This document shows positions 8,030 to 16,909 of a stretch of DNA of 64,000 bases, one piece after another. The notes under the pieces were generated by a model that saw nothing but the letters and a program-made list of their open reading frames with translations, was not told the DNA's origin and did no database searches. Origin of the DNA: a virus; the IMG/VR virus record IMGVR_UViG_3300043357_000064, positions 1-64,000 of that record; one strand, written 5' to 3'. Both the position numbers and the translations under genes were made by a program. Position 1 is the first letter of the stretch. Every line of letters begins with the position of its first letter.

Positions 8030-8299
8030 TCAATCCTGGATTGGGTCGGCATCTTCCTTGGGCTCGATGCCCTGGCGGATCTTCCCGTACTCGGCAAGTA
8101 GTCGACGTACGTCCTCGGGATTGCACTCTCGCTGATTGCCCGGTGTGCGCCGGTAGCCGAGCTTGCCGGCATTGAGCCAGTTGCGGACCGTGAACCGGCT
8201 CTTGCCGAATAACTCGCCAACCTCACCGGGTAGCAGCCACTCGTCGGCGTCGAGGCGCGCGCGCAAGGTTGCGACGTCGTCTCGACGTGGACGGATCAT
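8030..8299 (-). CDS. Excisionase-family HTH protein
   Basis: EWLLPGEVGELFGKSRFTVRNWLNAGKLGYRR. ATG at 8299 has a GGAGGG RBS; the track ORF extends to 8356. Confidence 0.55.
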   Translation of the reverse strand: MIRPRRDDVATLRARLDADEWLLPGEVGELFGKSRFTVRNWLNAGKLGYRRTPGNQRECNPEDVRRLLAEYGKIRQGIEPKEDADPIQD

Positions 8300-8418
8300 C
8301 GCACCTGCCCTCCGGGTCACCTTGTTGCAGGTGATCGTAGCTACCGCGACGCCCATGGTCGATTACCCGTCAATCTATCGATAACTCAATATGTGCCAGA
8401 CGTGCCGAGTGTGCCATC

Positions 8419-9807
8419 ATGGTACCCATGCGCGCATGGATCACCACCCTCACGGGACCGCTCGAAACCGTTACGCCGGTCGGTTGGACCGCGATCGGTA
8501 TCGCTGTGCTGCTGTTCGCGCTCTACGCGTGGATCAGCATCCGGCGCCGCCGATCCCTCGAGGCCGGGACATCCGTCGACAAAGCCGACCGTCTGCTGCT
8601 CTTCTTCGCGCTCGCGTTCGTCGCCGTCATCTTCGGCAGCTTCATGATCGGCACATTCGAAGGCAGCAGCGCGTTCGGCGTCGACAAACTCGGCTGGACG
8701 AACTGGCAGAAGGCCGTCCCGTGGGGATCACTCGACGCCGGATCCATCGGCTTCTCGCTCCTGGCAATCCGGGCCATCCGCAAGGAACGCTCACCGAAAC
8801 CGGCACTGCGGGTCGTGTTCCTGACCGCCGGCATGTCCGCCACCATCCAGATGATGGAAGGCGGCAAGGAGCACCACTGGCAGGCGGGGCTGTTCCTCGC
8901 CTTCCTCGCCGGCGTATCCGCCTATGCGCTGCACATCGTCATCGACCAGTTGCGCAAGGTCGGCCACGTCGCCGTCGACATGCGGGTGCGGAAGTACCCG
9001 CCGTTCGGCATGCGCTGGCTGACCTCGCTGCCGTCGACACTCTGCGCCTGGCTCGCCTGGGTCAACTACCCGCCGCTGCGAATCACCCCGACCGTCGCGA
9101 ACGCGCTCGTCCACCTCGACTCGGTACGGGCGGCGAAGCGGGCACGGATGGTGGAGCGGCCGATCTGGTGGATCGTCCAGCCGTGGCTCTACGCGAGCCG
9201 CACCGAACAGTCGCGAGCCGAACTGGTCGCGGAATCTGTTCGCCTGACCGAACAGGTCCGGGAGCGAACAGAATCTCTGTCCGCCGCGAACAGGGATCAC
9301 GAACACCGCGAACAGGAACTCCGCGAACAGGCCGAGCGAGATCTGTCCGCAGCCGTACAGGCCGCGCGAACAGAGACCGAACAGTTCGTACGCGGACAGG
9401 CGGAACAGACGATCGCCGGACTGCGCGAACAGATCGAACGCCTGGAGGTTCGACGGGCACCAGATCCGCGTCCGCAGCGGACGGGACAGGTTCCTGTCCG
9501 ACCAAAGGCCGAGGTCTCAGCTCTGATCGGCGACGAACAGATCGCCAAGGCCCTGTTCCGCGACTTCGCCGAACAGACCGAACAGGCCGCGCGGAACGGA
9601 ACGCGAACACCCGGACGCGGATGGGTCGAACGCAACGGCGGATGCCACATGCGCCAGGCGCTCCGAGTGCTGGACATGCTGGAGAACAGGTTCGCCGAAC
9701 AGAACAGAACCGGTCGCGAACAGGCGAGCGGACAGTTCGGTGAACCGAACAGCGAACAGTCCGGCGCCGACGATCCGGAGCGCGAACAGGTGGCGATCGC
9801 GCTGTGA
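8419..9807 (+). CDS. Multi-pass membrane protein with Glu/Gln/Arg-rich C-terminal half (Spd/DUF2637-like guess)
   Basis: 462 aa with about 5 hydrophobic helices in the first 200 aa. The C-terminal half carries the GAACAG array. Confidence 0.55.
   Translation: MVPMRAWITTLTGPLETVTPVGWTAIGIAVLLFALYAWISIRRRRSLEAGTSVDKADRLLLFFALAFVAVIFGSFMIGTFEGSSAFGVDKLGWTNWQKAVPWGSLDAGSIGFSLLAIRAIRKERSPKPALRVVFLTAGMSATIQMMEGGKEHHWQAGLFLAFLAGVSAYALHIVIDQLRKVGHVAVDMRVRKYPPFGMRWLTSLPSTLCAWLAWVNYPPLRITPTVANALVHLDSVRAAKRARMVERPIWWIVQPWLYASRTEQSRAELVAESVRLTEQVRERTESLSAANRDHEHREQELREQAERDLSAAVQAARTETEQFVRGQAEQTIAGLREQIERLEVRRAPDPRPQRTGQVPVRPKAEVSALIGDEQIAKALFRDFAEQTEQAARNGTRTPGRGWVERNGGCHMRQALRVLDMLENRFAEQNRTGREQASGQFGEPNSEQSGADDPEREQVAIAL
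9205..9789 (+). repeat. Array of 20 same-strand GAACAG hexamers (16 as SCGAACAG)
   Basis: Start positions 9205, 9250, 9266, 9288, 9310, 9325, 9368, 9379, 9403, 9427, 9535, 9571, 9580, 9684, 9697, 9702, 9718, 9747, 9754 and 9784. Only 2 reverse copies (9236, 9553). Confidence 0.8.
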
Positions 9808-9955
9808 GCATCCGAGCCTTCGCCTTCCTCCTCTTCGAGGTATGGCGTACACCGCGAAACCGCCGGCATGTTGTCCGGCTCTGCCTGGTCGCCTACCTCG
9901 AGGTGGCGGCCGTACAGCTTCGATCCAACCGCGAACTAGCAGCGAGGAGCACGAG

Positions 9956-10135
9956 ATGACCAGCACAGCCATGGTCCGGCACGAACCGGGCCCACGTCCC
10001 GGCACCGACCTTGTTCCGGCCAATCCGCAGCGTGAGCGCCGCGCACGTCCGGCGTTCGTCGTGTTCTTCCTTCTCGCCATCGCCGCGATCGTGGTCATGG
10101 CCGCGATATCCCTCGTGTCGACCTTCACCTCCTGA
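9956..10135 (+). CDS. Small single-pass membrane protein
   Basis: 59 aa from ATG 9956 (RBS GAGGAG). FVVFFLLAIAAIVVMAAISLV. Confidence 0.4.
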   Translation: MTSTAMVRHEPGPRPGTDLVPANPQRERRARPAFVVFFLLAIAAIVVMAAISLVSTFTS

Positions 10136-10164
10136 ACCTCTCCGACCAGCAGAAAGGCAGTGGC

Positions 10165-10431
10165 ATGCCACTGGCATTTCACGAAATCCGGACCGTCAAA
10201 CAGGGCCGCGACGTCCACCAGGCGCCGCCGTACCTGTACCGGATCGACATCGACGACCAGGCCGCCACCGCCGACCTCCTCGCCCGGCACATCTACGCCG
10301 TCGTCGACCGGGCCGGCGACGACCGCCGCAACGCCCACCTGTACGAACTGCGAGTCCACAAGGTAGACGGCCGCCAGCAGGGCTACGGCGAGCCGGTGTT
10401 CCGGTTCGCGCTCCCGGTGACACTGCCGTGA
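10165..10431 (+). CDS. Hypothetical protein
   Basis: 88-aa ORF. Confidence 0.45.
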   Translation: MPLAFHEIRTVKQGRDVHQAPPYLYRIDIDDQAATADLLARHIYAVVDRAGDDRRNAHLYELRVHKVDGRQQGYGEPVFRFALPVTLP

Positions 10432-10679
10432 CCGCCGCGACCAGCGTGAAGCTGAACCCGAGGGCCGCACGGTCGCTGCGCACACGTCAGGCGTTCCACC
10501 GGGACCTGATCGCGTCGGCGCCGACGTGGCGGATGCGCGCCGACCGGATCGCGGGCTGGATCACAGCCGAGGGCGTCCATCTCGGCGACGCCGACCGGGC
10601 CGAGATCGAACAGAAACTGACCGCGCTCGCATACGAGATGCACCGGCGGAACGGGGGAGAAGATGACCGGCCACAGTGA
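10428..10679 (+). CDS. Hypothetical protein
   Basis: GTG at 10428 (GTGA overlap) in track ORF 10011-10679. Confidence 0.4.
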   Translation: MTAATSVKLNPRAARSLRTRQAFHRDLIASAPTWRMRADRIAGWITAEGVHLGDADRAEIEQKLTALAYEMHRRNGGEDDRPQ

Positions 10680-11112
10680 CATGCCACCGGCCGATGCCAC
10701 TGTATTGGCACACGTCGACAGGGCGCGGGCGCGTGTGCGCACGCGCGCGATCGTAGCGGGCGCCGGGGAGGGCGGCAAGATCCCTCGCGTTCTCGTGACC
10801 GCGGTCGCGGACGTCCGTGCCGACGCCTGCCGGTGGTGGCTCTACACGTCCCGGCCACCGTCGCTGAAAACCTGGAACCGGACGCTGAAGGTCGGCGCAT
10901 CCCAAGTCCCCGGCGACAGCACCCTGCTGCGCCGAGCGTGGACCGTCGACAACCACACCACCGGACGCGTCTTCCGGTATGCCGCGACCGGGCTGCAGCT
11001 CGCCGCGGCCGGACTCGCCTGGCTCGCCTGCACGCCGGCACGCCGCTGGTTCGCACTCCTCATCGTCGCGGTCTTCACCGCGCCGATCGTCATCCACTCC
11101 CTCACCAGCTAG
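10663..11112 (+). CDS. Membrane protein (Spd-like position)
   Basis: 149 aa with a C-terminal pair of hydrophobic helices. Confidence 0.45.
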   Translation: MTGHSDMPPADATVLAHVDRARARVRTRAIVAGAGEGGKIPRVLVTAVADVRADACRWWLYTSRPPSLKTWNRTLKVGASQVPGDSTLLRRAWTVDNHTTGRVFRYAATGLQLAAAGLAWLACTPARRWFALLIVAVFTAPIVIHSLTS

Positions 11113-11123
11113 GAAGGATTCTC

Positions 11124-11525
11124 ATGTGGGAGCGTTTCGGATCCCTCATCCTCTGTTCCGCGTTCCTGTACGCGGCCGTCAAAATCCACAAGTCGACGGG
11201 TAGGCACGGCAAGGTCACGAAGCCCACCGGGATCGTCCTGTCGTTCCTCGCCGGCCTCATGTTCCTGGTGACCGTCACCGGCGCCTGGGTCGCCGCGTTC
11301 GCCCGGAACACCGGCGTCCTGGGTGCCGTGATCCTCATCGCCGTCATCGTCATCCTCGGCGCCGACTGGCTCCACGACCGCAAGCCGGACCGCGGCGCGT
11401 TCTGGGCGGCGTTCGCGCTCGGATTCGCGATCGTCGTCGGCCTACCCCAGATGCCCGCCGTCGGCCACCAGATCAACCGTGGCGGGCAGATGGTCATGAG
11501 TTCCATGTCGTCCGGCCGGAAGTGA
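11124..11525 (+). CDS. Four-helix membrane protein (Spd-like position)
   Basis: ATG at 11124 with GGAAGGA RBS, inside track ORF 10833-11525. Confidence 0.55.
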   Translation: MWERFGSLILCSAFLYAAVKIHKSTGRHGKVTKPTGIVLSFLAGLMFLVTVTGAWVAAFARNTGVLGAVILIAVIVILGADWLHDRKPDRGAFWAAFALGFAIVVGLPQMPAVGHQINRGGQMVMSSMSSGRK

Positions 11526-11529
11526 CACC

Positions 11530-12501
11530 GTGATCCTCGGAGCCCTCGTCATCGCCGCGTTCATCATGGTCGTCCCGTCGTGGGCTGCGGACGGGATCGC
11601 AGCCGTGCGAGCGGCCTGGACCAACGACCAGAAGTACCTGCGGGAGGATCAGGAACGCCGCCGCGCCCGCACGCAGCGGATCGCTGACGCCTGGTCGCAC
11701 CGGCGGGCGACCCGATCGCTGAACGCGGGCGGCGACGGCACCTACCGGGCCGGCATCGGCGCCTACATCGATGACCTCTACCACGGATTCTTCGAAGACC
11801 AGCTGGAGCGCTCGCAAGTCAAACGCGCCACCCGCGATCCGTACACCTACGACCCGGGGCGGCCCGGGTTCGCTGAGCGCTTCGCGAACCGAGTGGATGC
11901 CGTCATCGTCGGCCAGGCTGAACGGCTGCGACGCAAACGCGAAGGGTCGCTACCGGTCGAGGACTTCGACGACATCAAGCCGACTGCGAACCCGGTCGAT
12001 ACCGGGGAGGCGCCGCTCGTCCCCGTCGTGCGCCTGCGCATCGCCTGGCCGCCGGAACCATCCGACGACGATTCACCCTCACCCGAGCAGCCGGCTGCGG
12101 CTGCACCAACCGAAGGAGCACCAGCAGTGAGCACCGGAACCGTAGACGTGACGACCAACGAGGACGTCCGCAACAACGCGGCCGTAATCGCCGCAGCCGC
12201 GGCCAAGATGCAGGAGGGGCTCGCCATCTACGAGGCCGCCCGCGCGGAGGCACAGGCGGCGCAGGCGGCGACGGCCGACGCCATGTCGGGCGCAACCTTC
12301 GACGGCGGCGCCGTCGCGGCGACCGCTGATGTCGGCGACAGCCTCGACGTCGCGGCGATGTCGCACCTGGCCGAGGTCGCCGACAACGTCCATGCGGGTG
12401 CGCAGGCGATGTACCAGCACGTCGAGAAGTACCGCGACGCCGAGGACCTCGTCGCCCAGACCGGCGTCTCGCCGGAGACGCTTGCCGCGACCTCGTCCTG
12501 A
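11530..12501 (+). CDS. N-terminally anchored protein with Ala-rich C-terminal domain
   Basis: 323 aa. N-terminal TM ILGALVIAAFIMVV. Confidence 0.55.
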   Translation: MILGALVIAAFIMVVPSWAADGIAAVRAAWTNDQKYLREDQERRRARTQRIADAWSHRRATRSLNAGGDGTYRAGIGAYIDDLYHGFFEDQLERSQVKRATRDPYTYDPGRPGFAERFANRVDAVIVGQAERLRRKREGSLPVEDFDDIKPTANPVDTGEAPLVPVVRLRIAWPPEPSDDDSPSPEQPAAAAPTEGAPAVSTGTVDVTTNEDVRNNAAVIAAAAAKMQEGLAIYEAARAEAQAAQAATADAMSGATFDGGAVAATADVGDSLDVAAMSHLAEVADNVHAGAQAMYQHVEKYRDAEDLVAQTGVSPETLAATSS

Positions 12502-12540
12502 CCGATCACCGTCGGGCCGGATGGAAGGCCGGCCCGCGCA

Positions 12541-14940
12541 GTGAACGACCAGTACGCGCACAAATCCGACAGGAGCCTGATCGTGACCACGACCACCGAA
12601 CGGCCCGACACGGGTACGCCGATCGCCGTACCCGCGGTGCGCAACCGGCGTCCGCTGCCCGATGGTGCGGTGAAGTGGTCGAAGCTCTACATGGACGACC
12701 GCGGCGCGCACGAGTCCCCGTTCGATGTCCCGGTCGACGCCAACGACCGGCGGACCGCTCACCTCCGGGTCACGTGCCCGAAGGCGCCGGAGTGCACCCG
12801 CGATGCGTGGGTTGAGCCGCACGGCGTCGTCATCTTCTGTCGCGACCATGGGGCACCGATGTCGGCCGAGCGGACGAAGCGCGATCCGGTGCTGCCATGG
12901 TCTGCCATGTGGCAGACGATCGAGAAGCCGCTGCGCCCGGCGTGGGTACTCGCTGCGGAGGCCGCGGCCGGGCTCGGGATGTTCGAGGGCGAGTTCACTC
13001 CGCTGGCCGCCGTGCTCGCCGGCGGTTGTGCGACCGGCGCGGCATACGCGGGCACCCGGATCTACCTGACGAAGCGCGCGGTCCGGCGCAGCAAAATCGA
13101 GAAGGGCCAGACGACCGGCCGGCACGTGGAGACGATCCGGCGGCGGTCGCGGACCGCAGGCTACATCGGGGCGATCGGCACCGCGTGGCTGACCGCCGCC
13201 ACGACCGTGGATCCGGCGACCGTGCTGGGCCGGGTCGTGTGGGCGTCGCTGCCGATCGCGTGGGCGGTCAGCGCGGCGCCGTGGTGGCGCTACCTCGATG
13301 CCGACCGCAACCGGCCGGCGCCGGTGGTCGCGACGGCGCCCGTGCCGGTTGATGCCACGCCGAGCGACGATGCGATCGCCGCCGCCGATGCCGCGGCGAG
13401 CTGGACCGCTGACGTCGGGTTCGCCAACACCAGGCTCGACCCTGCCACGTGGCAGCGGACGGTTGCCGGGTGGCAGGCTGTCATCGTCGCCACCAAGAAG
13501 GGCGCCCTGGTCTCGCTCACCGACATCGAGCGGATGAAGTCGACGGTGGCGAAGATCGCCGCCGGGTATGGCGTGAAACGGGCCGCGATCACATGGATCA
13601 GTGAACACGACGACGACCCGAACCGGGCCCTGCTCCTCGTCCAGCCGAACAACCCGCTGAAGGACGGCCAGATCTGGGAAGGTCCGGACTCCGTCGACAT
13701 GGAGAAGGGCCGGGCCGTTTCGGGCCGGCTGATCAACGGGGATCCGCTTTACGAGGTGCTGTTCAAGCCGGGTTGGGGCGCCCCGAACAGGGTCACCCTG
13801 GGCACGACCGGCGGAGGTAAAAGCGAGCGCATCAGACAGCGGCTGATCATCGAGCGCTGGGCGCACTACACGGATGCCGTCACCGGCGCCAAACAGGGCG
13901 CGTTCATGTCGTTCCTCCACGACCCGAAAGACATGGACTCCTACGGCGAGTTCGTTGGCGCGCTCCACGCCTACGGAACGACCCGCGACGACGCCCACAT
14001 CATGGTCGACGCGTTCACTAGGGAAATGGACCGGCGGTTCGCGTTCAAACGGTCGATCACCTGGAGGGACAAGCGGCACGGCCGGGAGCGTTTCGGGTCG
14101 CTGCCGTGGGATCCGCGTGTTCACGGCCCGATCCTGTCGGCGATCTGGGACGAGTTCCACGAGATGGCAGGGGACAAGGAGTTCGTGACCAAGATCGAGC
14201 GCCTGGCCCGCAAGCAGCGCGCAGGCGGCATGACGCAGGAAGTCGCTTCGCACGGCGGGACGATCGGTGACATGGGGTCGCAGGTGCTCCGGGACCTCGG
14301 CGGCGGCATTACGACCCTGTTGCAGACGAAGAACGCGCTCAACGCTGCGCTCACTGCCGGCGGTGCGGCGGTCGGCGACCCGCGAACCCTACCGCGCGAT
14401 CCGGGCATGTGCTTCGTGGTCGATGGCGAGACGCAGTCGGCGATGATGGCCCGCGGATCGTGGATCCCGTACGACGAGGAGACCCACGAGGTCACGCTGT
14501 ACGACTACCTCTTCGACGAGCACAACCAGCCCATCGGATATCCGGCAGCGATTCCGCCGGAGACCGCCGAGGCATTCGGGAAGGAGTTCATGGAGTGGGC
14601 CGAGGCGGGCAAGAAGCCGGGTGGCCGGGACGCGAAAGCTATGCCGGGCGCGGCGTTCGTCCGGACGGCCGGTGCGCCTGCGGACGCGACCGCTGAGGCG
14701 GTGCTGCGGCGCATCCTATTCGACTCACCGAAGCCGCTGGCCCGTACGGAGATTGCCACGGACCGTCGCTGGACGTTCGGCGTGTCGACGATGACCAACG
14801 TTTTCCGCCGTGGCCAGGATGCAAAGCCGCCGTGGCTGATCCGCCGCCCCGAGGGCAAGGGCGCGTACGAGTTGACGCCTGCGGTGCGCGAGGAGATGGC
14901 CGGGACGGCAGACGAGGATTTCGAGGACCGGGCCGCGTGA
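12541..14940 (+). CDS. FtsK/SpoIIIE-family DNA translocase (TraB-like conjugal transfer protein)
   Basis: 799 aa. N-terminal TM helices. Walker A GTTGGGKS, Walker B-like ILSAIWDEFHE. C-terminal wHTH-like segment RTEIATDRRW...WLIRRPEGKGAYELT. Confidence 0.85.
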   Translation: MNDQYAHKSDRSLIVTTTTERPDTGTPIAVPAVRNRRPLPDGAVKWSKLYMDDRGAHESPFDVPVDANDRRTAHLRVTCPKAPECTRDAWVEPHGVVIFCRDHGAPMSAERTKRDPVLPWSAMWQTIEKPLRPAWVLAAEAAAGLGMFEGEFTPLAAVLAGGCATGAAYAGTRIYLTKRAVRRSKIEKGQTTGRHVETIRRRSRTAGYIGAIGTAWLTAATTVDPATVLGRVVWASLPIAWAVSAAPWWRYLDADRNRPAPVVATAPVPVDATPSDDAIAAADAAASWTADVGFANTRLDPATWQRTVAGWQAVIVATKKGALVSLTDIERMKSTVAKIAAGYGVKRAAITWISEHDDDPNRALLLVQPNNPLKDGQIWEGPDSVDMEKGRAVSGRLINGDPLYEVLFKPGWGAPNRVTLGTTGGGKSERIRQRLIIERWAHYTDAVTGAKQGAFMSFLHDPKDMDSYGEFVGALHAYGTTRDDAHIMVDAFTREMDRRFAFKRSITWRDKRHGRERFGSLPWDPRVHGPILSAIWDEFHEMAGDKEFVTKIERLARKQRAGGMTQEVASHGGTIGDMGSQVLRDLGGGITTLLQTKNALNAALTAGGAAVGDPRTLPRDPGMCFVVDGETQSAMMARGSWIPYDEETHEVTLYDYLFDEHNQPIGYPAAIPPETAEAFGKEFMEWAEAGKKPGGRDAKAMPGAAFVRTAGAPADATAEAVLRRILFDSPKPLARTEIATDRRWTFGVSTMTNVFRRGQDAKPPWLIRRPEGKGAYELTPAVREEMAGTADEDFEDRAA

Positions 14941-15479
14941 CGACGCAGACCACGGCACTGCCGATGTGGCGGCTCTACCGGTTCCGGGGCGTCGGCGAGT
15001 TGCTGTACGTCGGCCAAACCCGTCAGGTCGCGCTGGCGAGGCTGCAGCAGCACCTGGAATCGAAGTGGTGGTCGCCGCTGGCTACGTCGTGGACGGTGGA
15101 CGCCGAGGTCTACTACTCGCTCGCGGACGTCTTGGCGGCCGAGGCGGAGGCGATCCGGCGGGAGCGGCCGAGGTGCAACGACAAACACAACGGCGGCAAC
15201 TCTGGCCGGTGGCGGTCGATGGCCGATGTTCCGCTCGAACTGCGGCCACGCGGCTTGGCCGTGGCGCCGGTGCTTCAGCGGCCGGCTACTCGCACCCGGG
15301 TGGTGCCAGGCTTCTGGACGCGACAACGGGTGGCCGTCGTCGCAGTGGTCGTGATCTGGCTGGCAGCGTTCGAGACGATGCGCACGCTCGTCCACGATCC
15401 ACGGGCAGCGGCAGTGGCTACGGCCGTGCCGTTCACGGTCACGTGGAGCAAGACGCGACGGAGACGACAGCGCCGGTGA
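14937..15479 (+). CDS. GIY-YIG-like nuclease domain protein with C-terminal TM segment
   Basis: GTG at 14937 (GTGA overlap). LYRFRGVGELLYVGQTRQVALARLQQH...EAEAIRRERPRCN. Confidence 0.5.
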   Translation: MTTQTTALPMWRLYRFRGVGELLYVGQTRQVALARLQQHLESKWWSPLATSWTVDAEVYYSLADVLAAEAEAIRRERPRCNDKHNGGNSGRWRSMADVPLELRPRGLAVAPVLQRPATRTRVVPGFWTRQRVAVVAVVVIWLAAFETMRTLVHDPRAAAVATAVPFTVTWSKTRRRRQRR

Positions 15480-15564
15480 TCTGGCACGCCATCTGCTGCC
15501 GCTCCCGTCGCCGTAGGTTGTGACCGGTGGAATGCTGGGATCTTGCTGGCGGAGGGCGCAAAGC

Positions 15565-15608
15565 GAAGCGGGCTCGAACCTCTATGACGTGAGGTTCGAG
15601 CCCGCTTC
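15565..15608. terminator. 18-bp perfect-stem hairpin, bidirectional terminator between convergent genes
   Basis: gaagcgggctcgaacctc-tatgacgt-gaggttcgagcccgcttc followed by TTT. Confidence 0.7.
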
Positions 15609-15629
15609 TTTGCCCAGCGGGAAACAACG

Positions 15630-15857
15630 TTATCCGGCAGCCTTCTTGGCTGGCTCCTTCGCCTCGCCAGTAATCACGCGGACCTGCTGGATCGTCTTGT
15701 AGCCGCTACGGATCATGATGTCGCTCTGGGTGGTCTTGTGACTGCCGTCCTGGTTGAACCGCTCAGCGCGCATTGCCGCGTGCAGGTCGTCCTTGATGGC
15801 TGCGATTTCGGCGAGTGCTGCCTTGTGGCGGGTGCCGAGTTCGTCGAGTGTGCTCAT
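15630..15857 (-). CDS. Small regulator-like protein (coiled coil + possible HTH)
   Basis: 75 aa. TQSDIMIRSGYKTIQQVRVITGE. Diverges from the AT-rich operator region. Confidence 0.45.
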   Translation of the reverse strand: MSTLDELGTRHKAALAEIAAIKDDLHAAMRAERFNQDGSHKTTQSDIMIRSGYKTIQQVRVITGEAKEPAKKAAG

Positions 15858-15859
15858 GC

Positions 15860-15951
15860 GCTAATGCTAGCACTATCACTAGTCCTAGAAGTATGACCGA
15901 AAGTACTAGCCTTATCAGTGGCACTATGCTAGTCCTAGTGCTAGTATTAGC
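15860..15951. promoter_or_regulatory. AT-rich divergent control region with nested direct and inverted repeats
   Basis: Direct repeats gcactatcactagtcctag 15870-15888 and gcactatgctagtcctag 15921-15938. Outer inverted pair gctaatgctagcac 15860-15873 / gtgctagtattagc 15938-15951 (13/14). Confidence 0.6.
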
Positions 15952-15984
15952 ATATAAGGAAGCGGGACAACGAAGGAGCCGGAC

Positions 15985-16176
15985 ATGTACAAGCCCACCG
16001 CAGACGAGATCTTCGAAGCCGAACTGAACATGACCTACCGTCAGGACCTGCAGTCGCAACTCCGGGTCCAGCAGCACGCAACCCACCGGACTTACCGCAA
16101 GATCGCCGACGAGAGCGAGCGGCCGAAGGCCTGGGGCGAACTGGTCGGCGCGACGGCGGACATCGGCCGGAACTGA
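15985..16176 (+). CDS. Hypothetical small protein
   Basis: 63 aa with GAAGGAG RBS. Confidence 0.4.
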   Translation: MYKPTADEIFEAELNMTYRQDLQSQLRVQQHATHRTYRKIADESERPKAWGELVGATADIGRN

Positions 16177-16185
16177 AGACGCCAC

Positions 16186-16206
16186 GGGCTCCCGGACCGG
16201 GAGCCC
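16186..16206 (+). promoter_or_regulatory. 10-bp palindrome/hairpin between two small genes (attenuator-like)
   Basis: gggctcccgg-a-ccgggagccc. Confidence 0.35.
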
Positions 16207-16243
16207 ACCCGACCCAACCATCCGATCCCCGAAAGGAAACACC

Positions 16244-16432
16244 ATGGCGCTGCGCGAATCAGACGGCCCGCTTGCCGGATACGGCGTGACCCACGAGAAG
16301 TACGGCCACGGGCGCATCCTCATCGACATGAGTGACCGCGAGACCCACACCATGGGCGAGATGCGCGTTGAATTCAACCGCACGCGCCGCTGGGTTCGGG
16401 CCCGCAATCTCACGATCGCGAAGGCGTCCTGA
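16244..16432 (+). CDS. Hypothetical small protein (possible HTH)
   Basis: 62 aa. RBS-like GAAAGGAAA upstream. Confidence 0.35.
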   Translation: MALRESDGPLAGYGVTHEKYGHGRILIDMSDRETHTMGEMRVEFNRTRRWVRARNLTIAKAS

Positions 16433-16433
16433 C

Positions 16434-16718
16434 GTGGTCAGCGACCGCTGGGGGCGCCTGGTTGCCTCGCTGGCCGCAGACGGCATCACCGCCAAGGCCG
16501 ATCGGCAGAGCGAGTCGTACTCGATCTCCATCCGCACCGGGGACGTCTGGGTCGAGATCCACGACAAGTGGTGGTCCAAGAACACTGACGTCTGGATCGG
16601 CTGGCAGGTCCACACCGAGACGGCCGACAGCATCGTCCGGAACGTGTGGCCGCTCACCAAGAAGCGCGGTCAGGTTGTCGCCGATGTGCGCGAGGCGGTC
16701 GGGGCGTACGTCGCCTGA
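16434..16718 (+). CDS. Hypothetical Trp-rich protein
   Basis: GTG at 16434, one nt after the previous stop, in track ORF 16332-16718. Confidence 0.4.
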   Translation: MVSDRWGRLVASLAADGITAKADRQSESYSISIRTGDVWVEIHDKWWSKNTDVWIGWQVHTETADSIVRNVWPLTKKRGQVVADVREAVGAYVA

Positions 16719-16733
16719 CCGCAGACACAGAAA

Positions 16734-16772
16734 AGCGGCCTCGCAAACTCCCGAAGGAGATGCGAGGCCGCT
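16734..16772. terminator. 12-bp-stem hairpin at the junction of the plus-strand block and the phage minus-strand block
   Basis: agcggcctcgca-(15-nt loop)-tgcgaggccgct, with A-run upstream and T-rich downstream. Confidence 0.6.
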
Positions 16773-16909
16773 TCCGTTTGGTCGTGAGCAGTGAGTTGAT
16801 CCTATGCCTAGCCTGCTGCCACCAACTCCCAGGCTGGGAGCAACTAGCCGATCAGTTGAGATCCGGACGTGCGCCAAGTGTCACCCGACATGGCCGAACG
16901 GATGAGTAC

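Noticed and set aside
9205-9789. The GAACAG array (and the 60-bp repeats at 34620-35267) as CRISPR arrays.
   Set aside because: There is no repeat-spacer architecture of 25-40-bp units. Both lie inside well-supported coding frames, and there are no cas genes in the window.
8391-10485. Long overlapping ORFs (8391-9743 +, 9083-9811 -, 9297-9869 -, 9517-10485 -).
   Set aside because: They are Arg/Pro/Ser-rich translations of alternative frames of the 8419-9807 membrane-protein gene and its neighbours. They have no RBS and do not fit the operon's start/stop coupling.
12079-14253. 724-aa minus-strand ORF, the longest in this part of the track.
   Set aside because: It is antisense to the FtsK/TraB-like gene. 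Its composition is Arg/Pro/Gly/His-rich and low-complexity, with no motifs, whereas the plus-strand frame carries Walker A/B motifs and TM helices. This is a typical high-GC shadow ORF.
15591-15608. GGTTCGAGCCCGCTTC resembles a tRNA T-arm/3' end, a possible att site.
   Set aside because: It is the right arm of an 18-bp perfect hairpin whose left arm is its exact complement. No acceptor, D or anticodon arms can be built, so it is better explained as a terminator.
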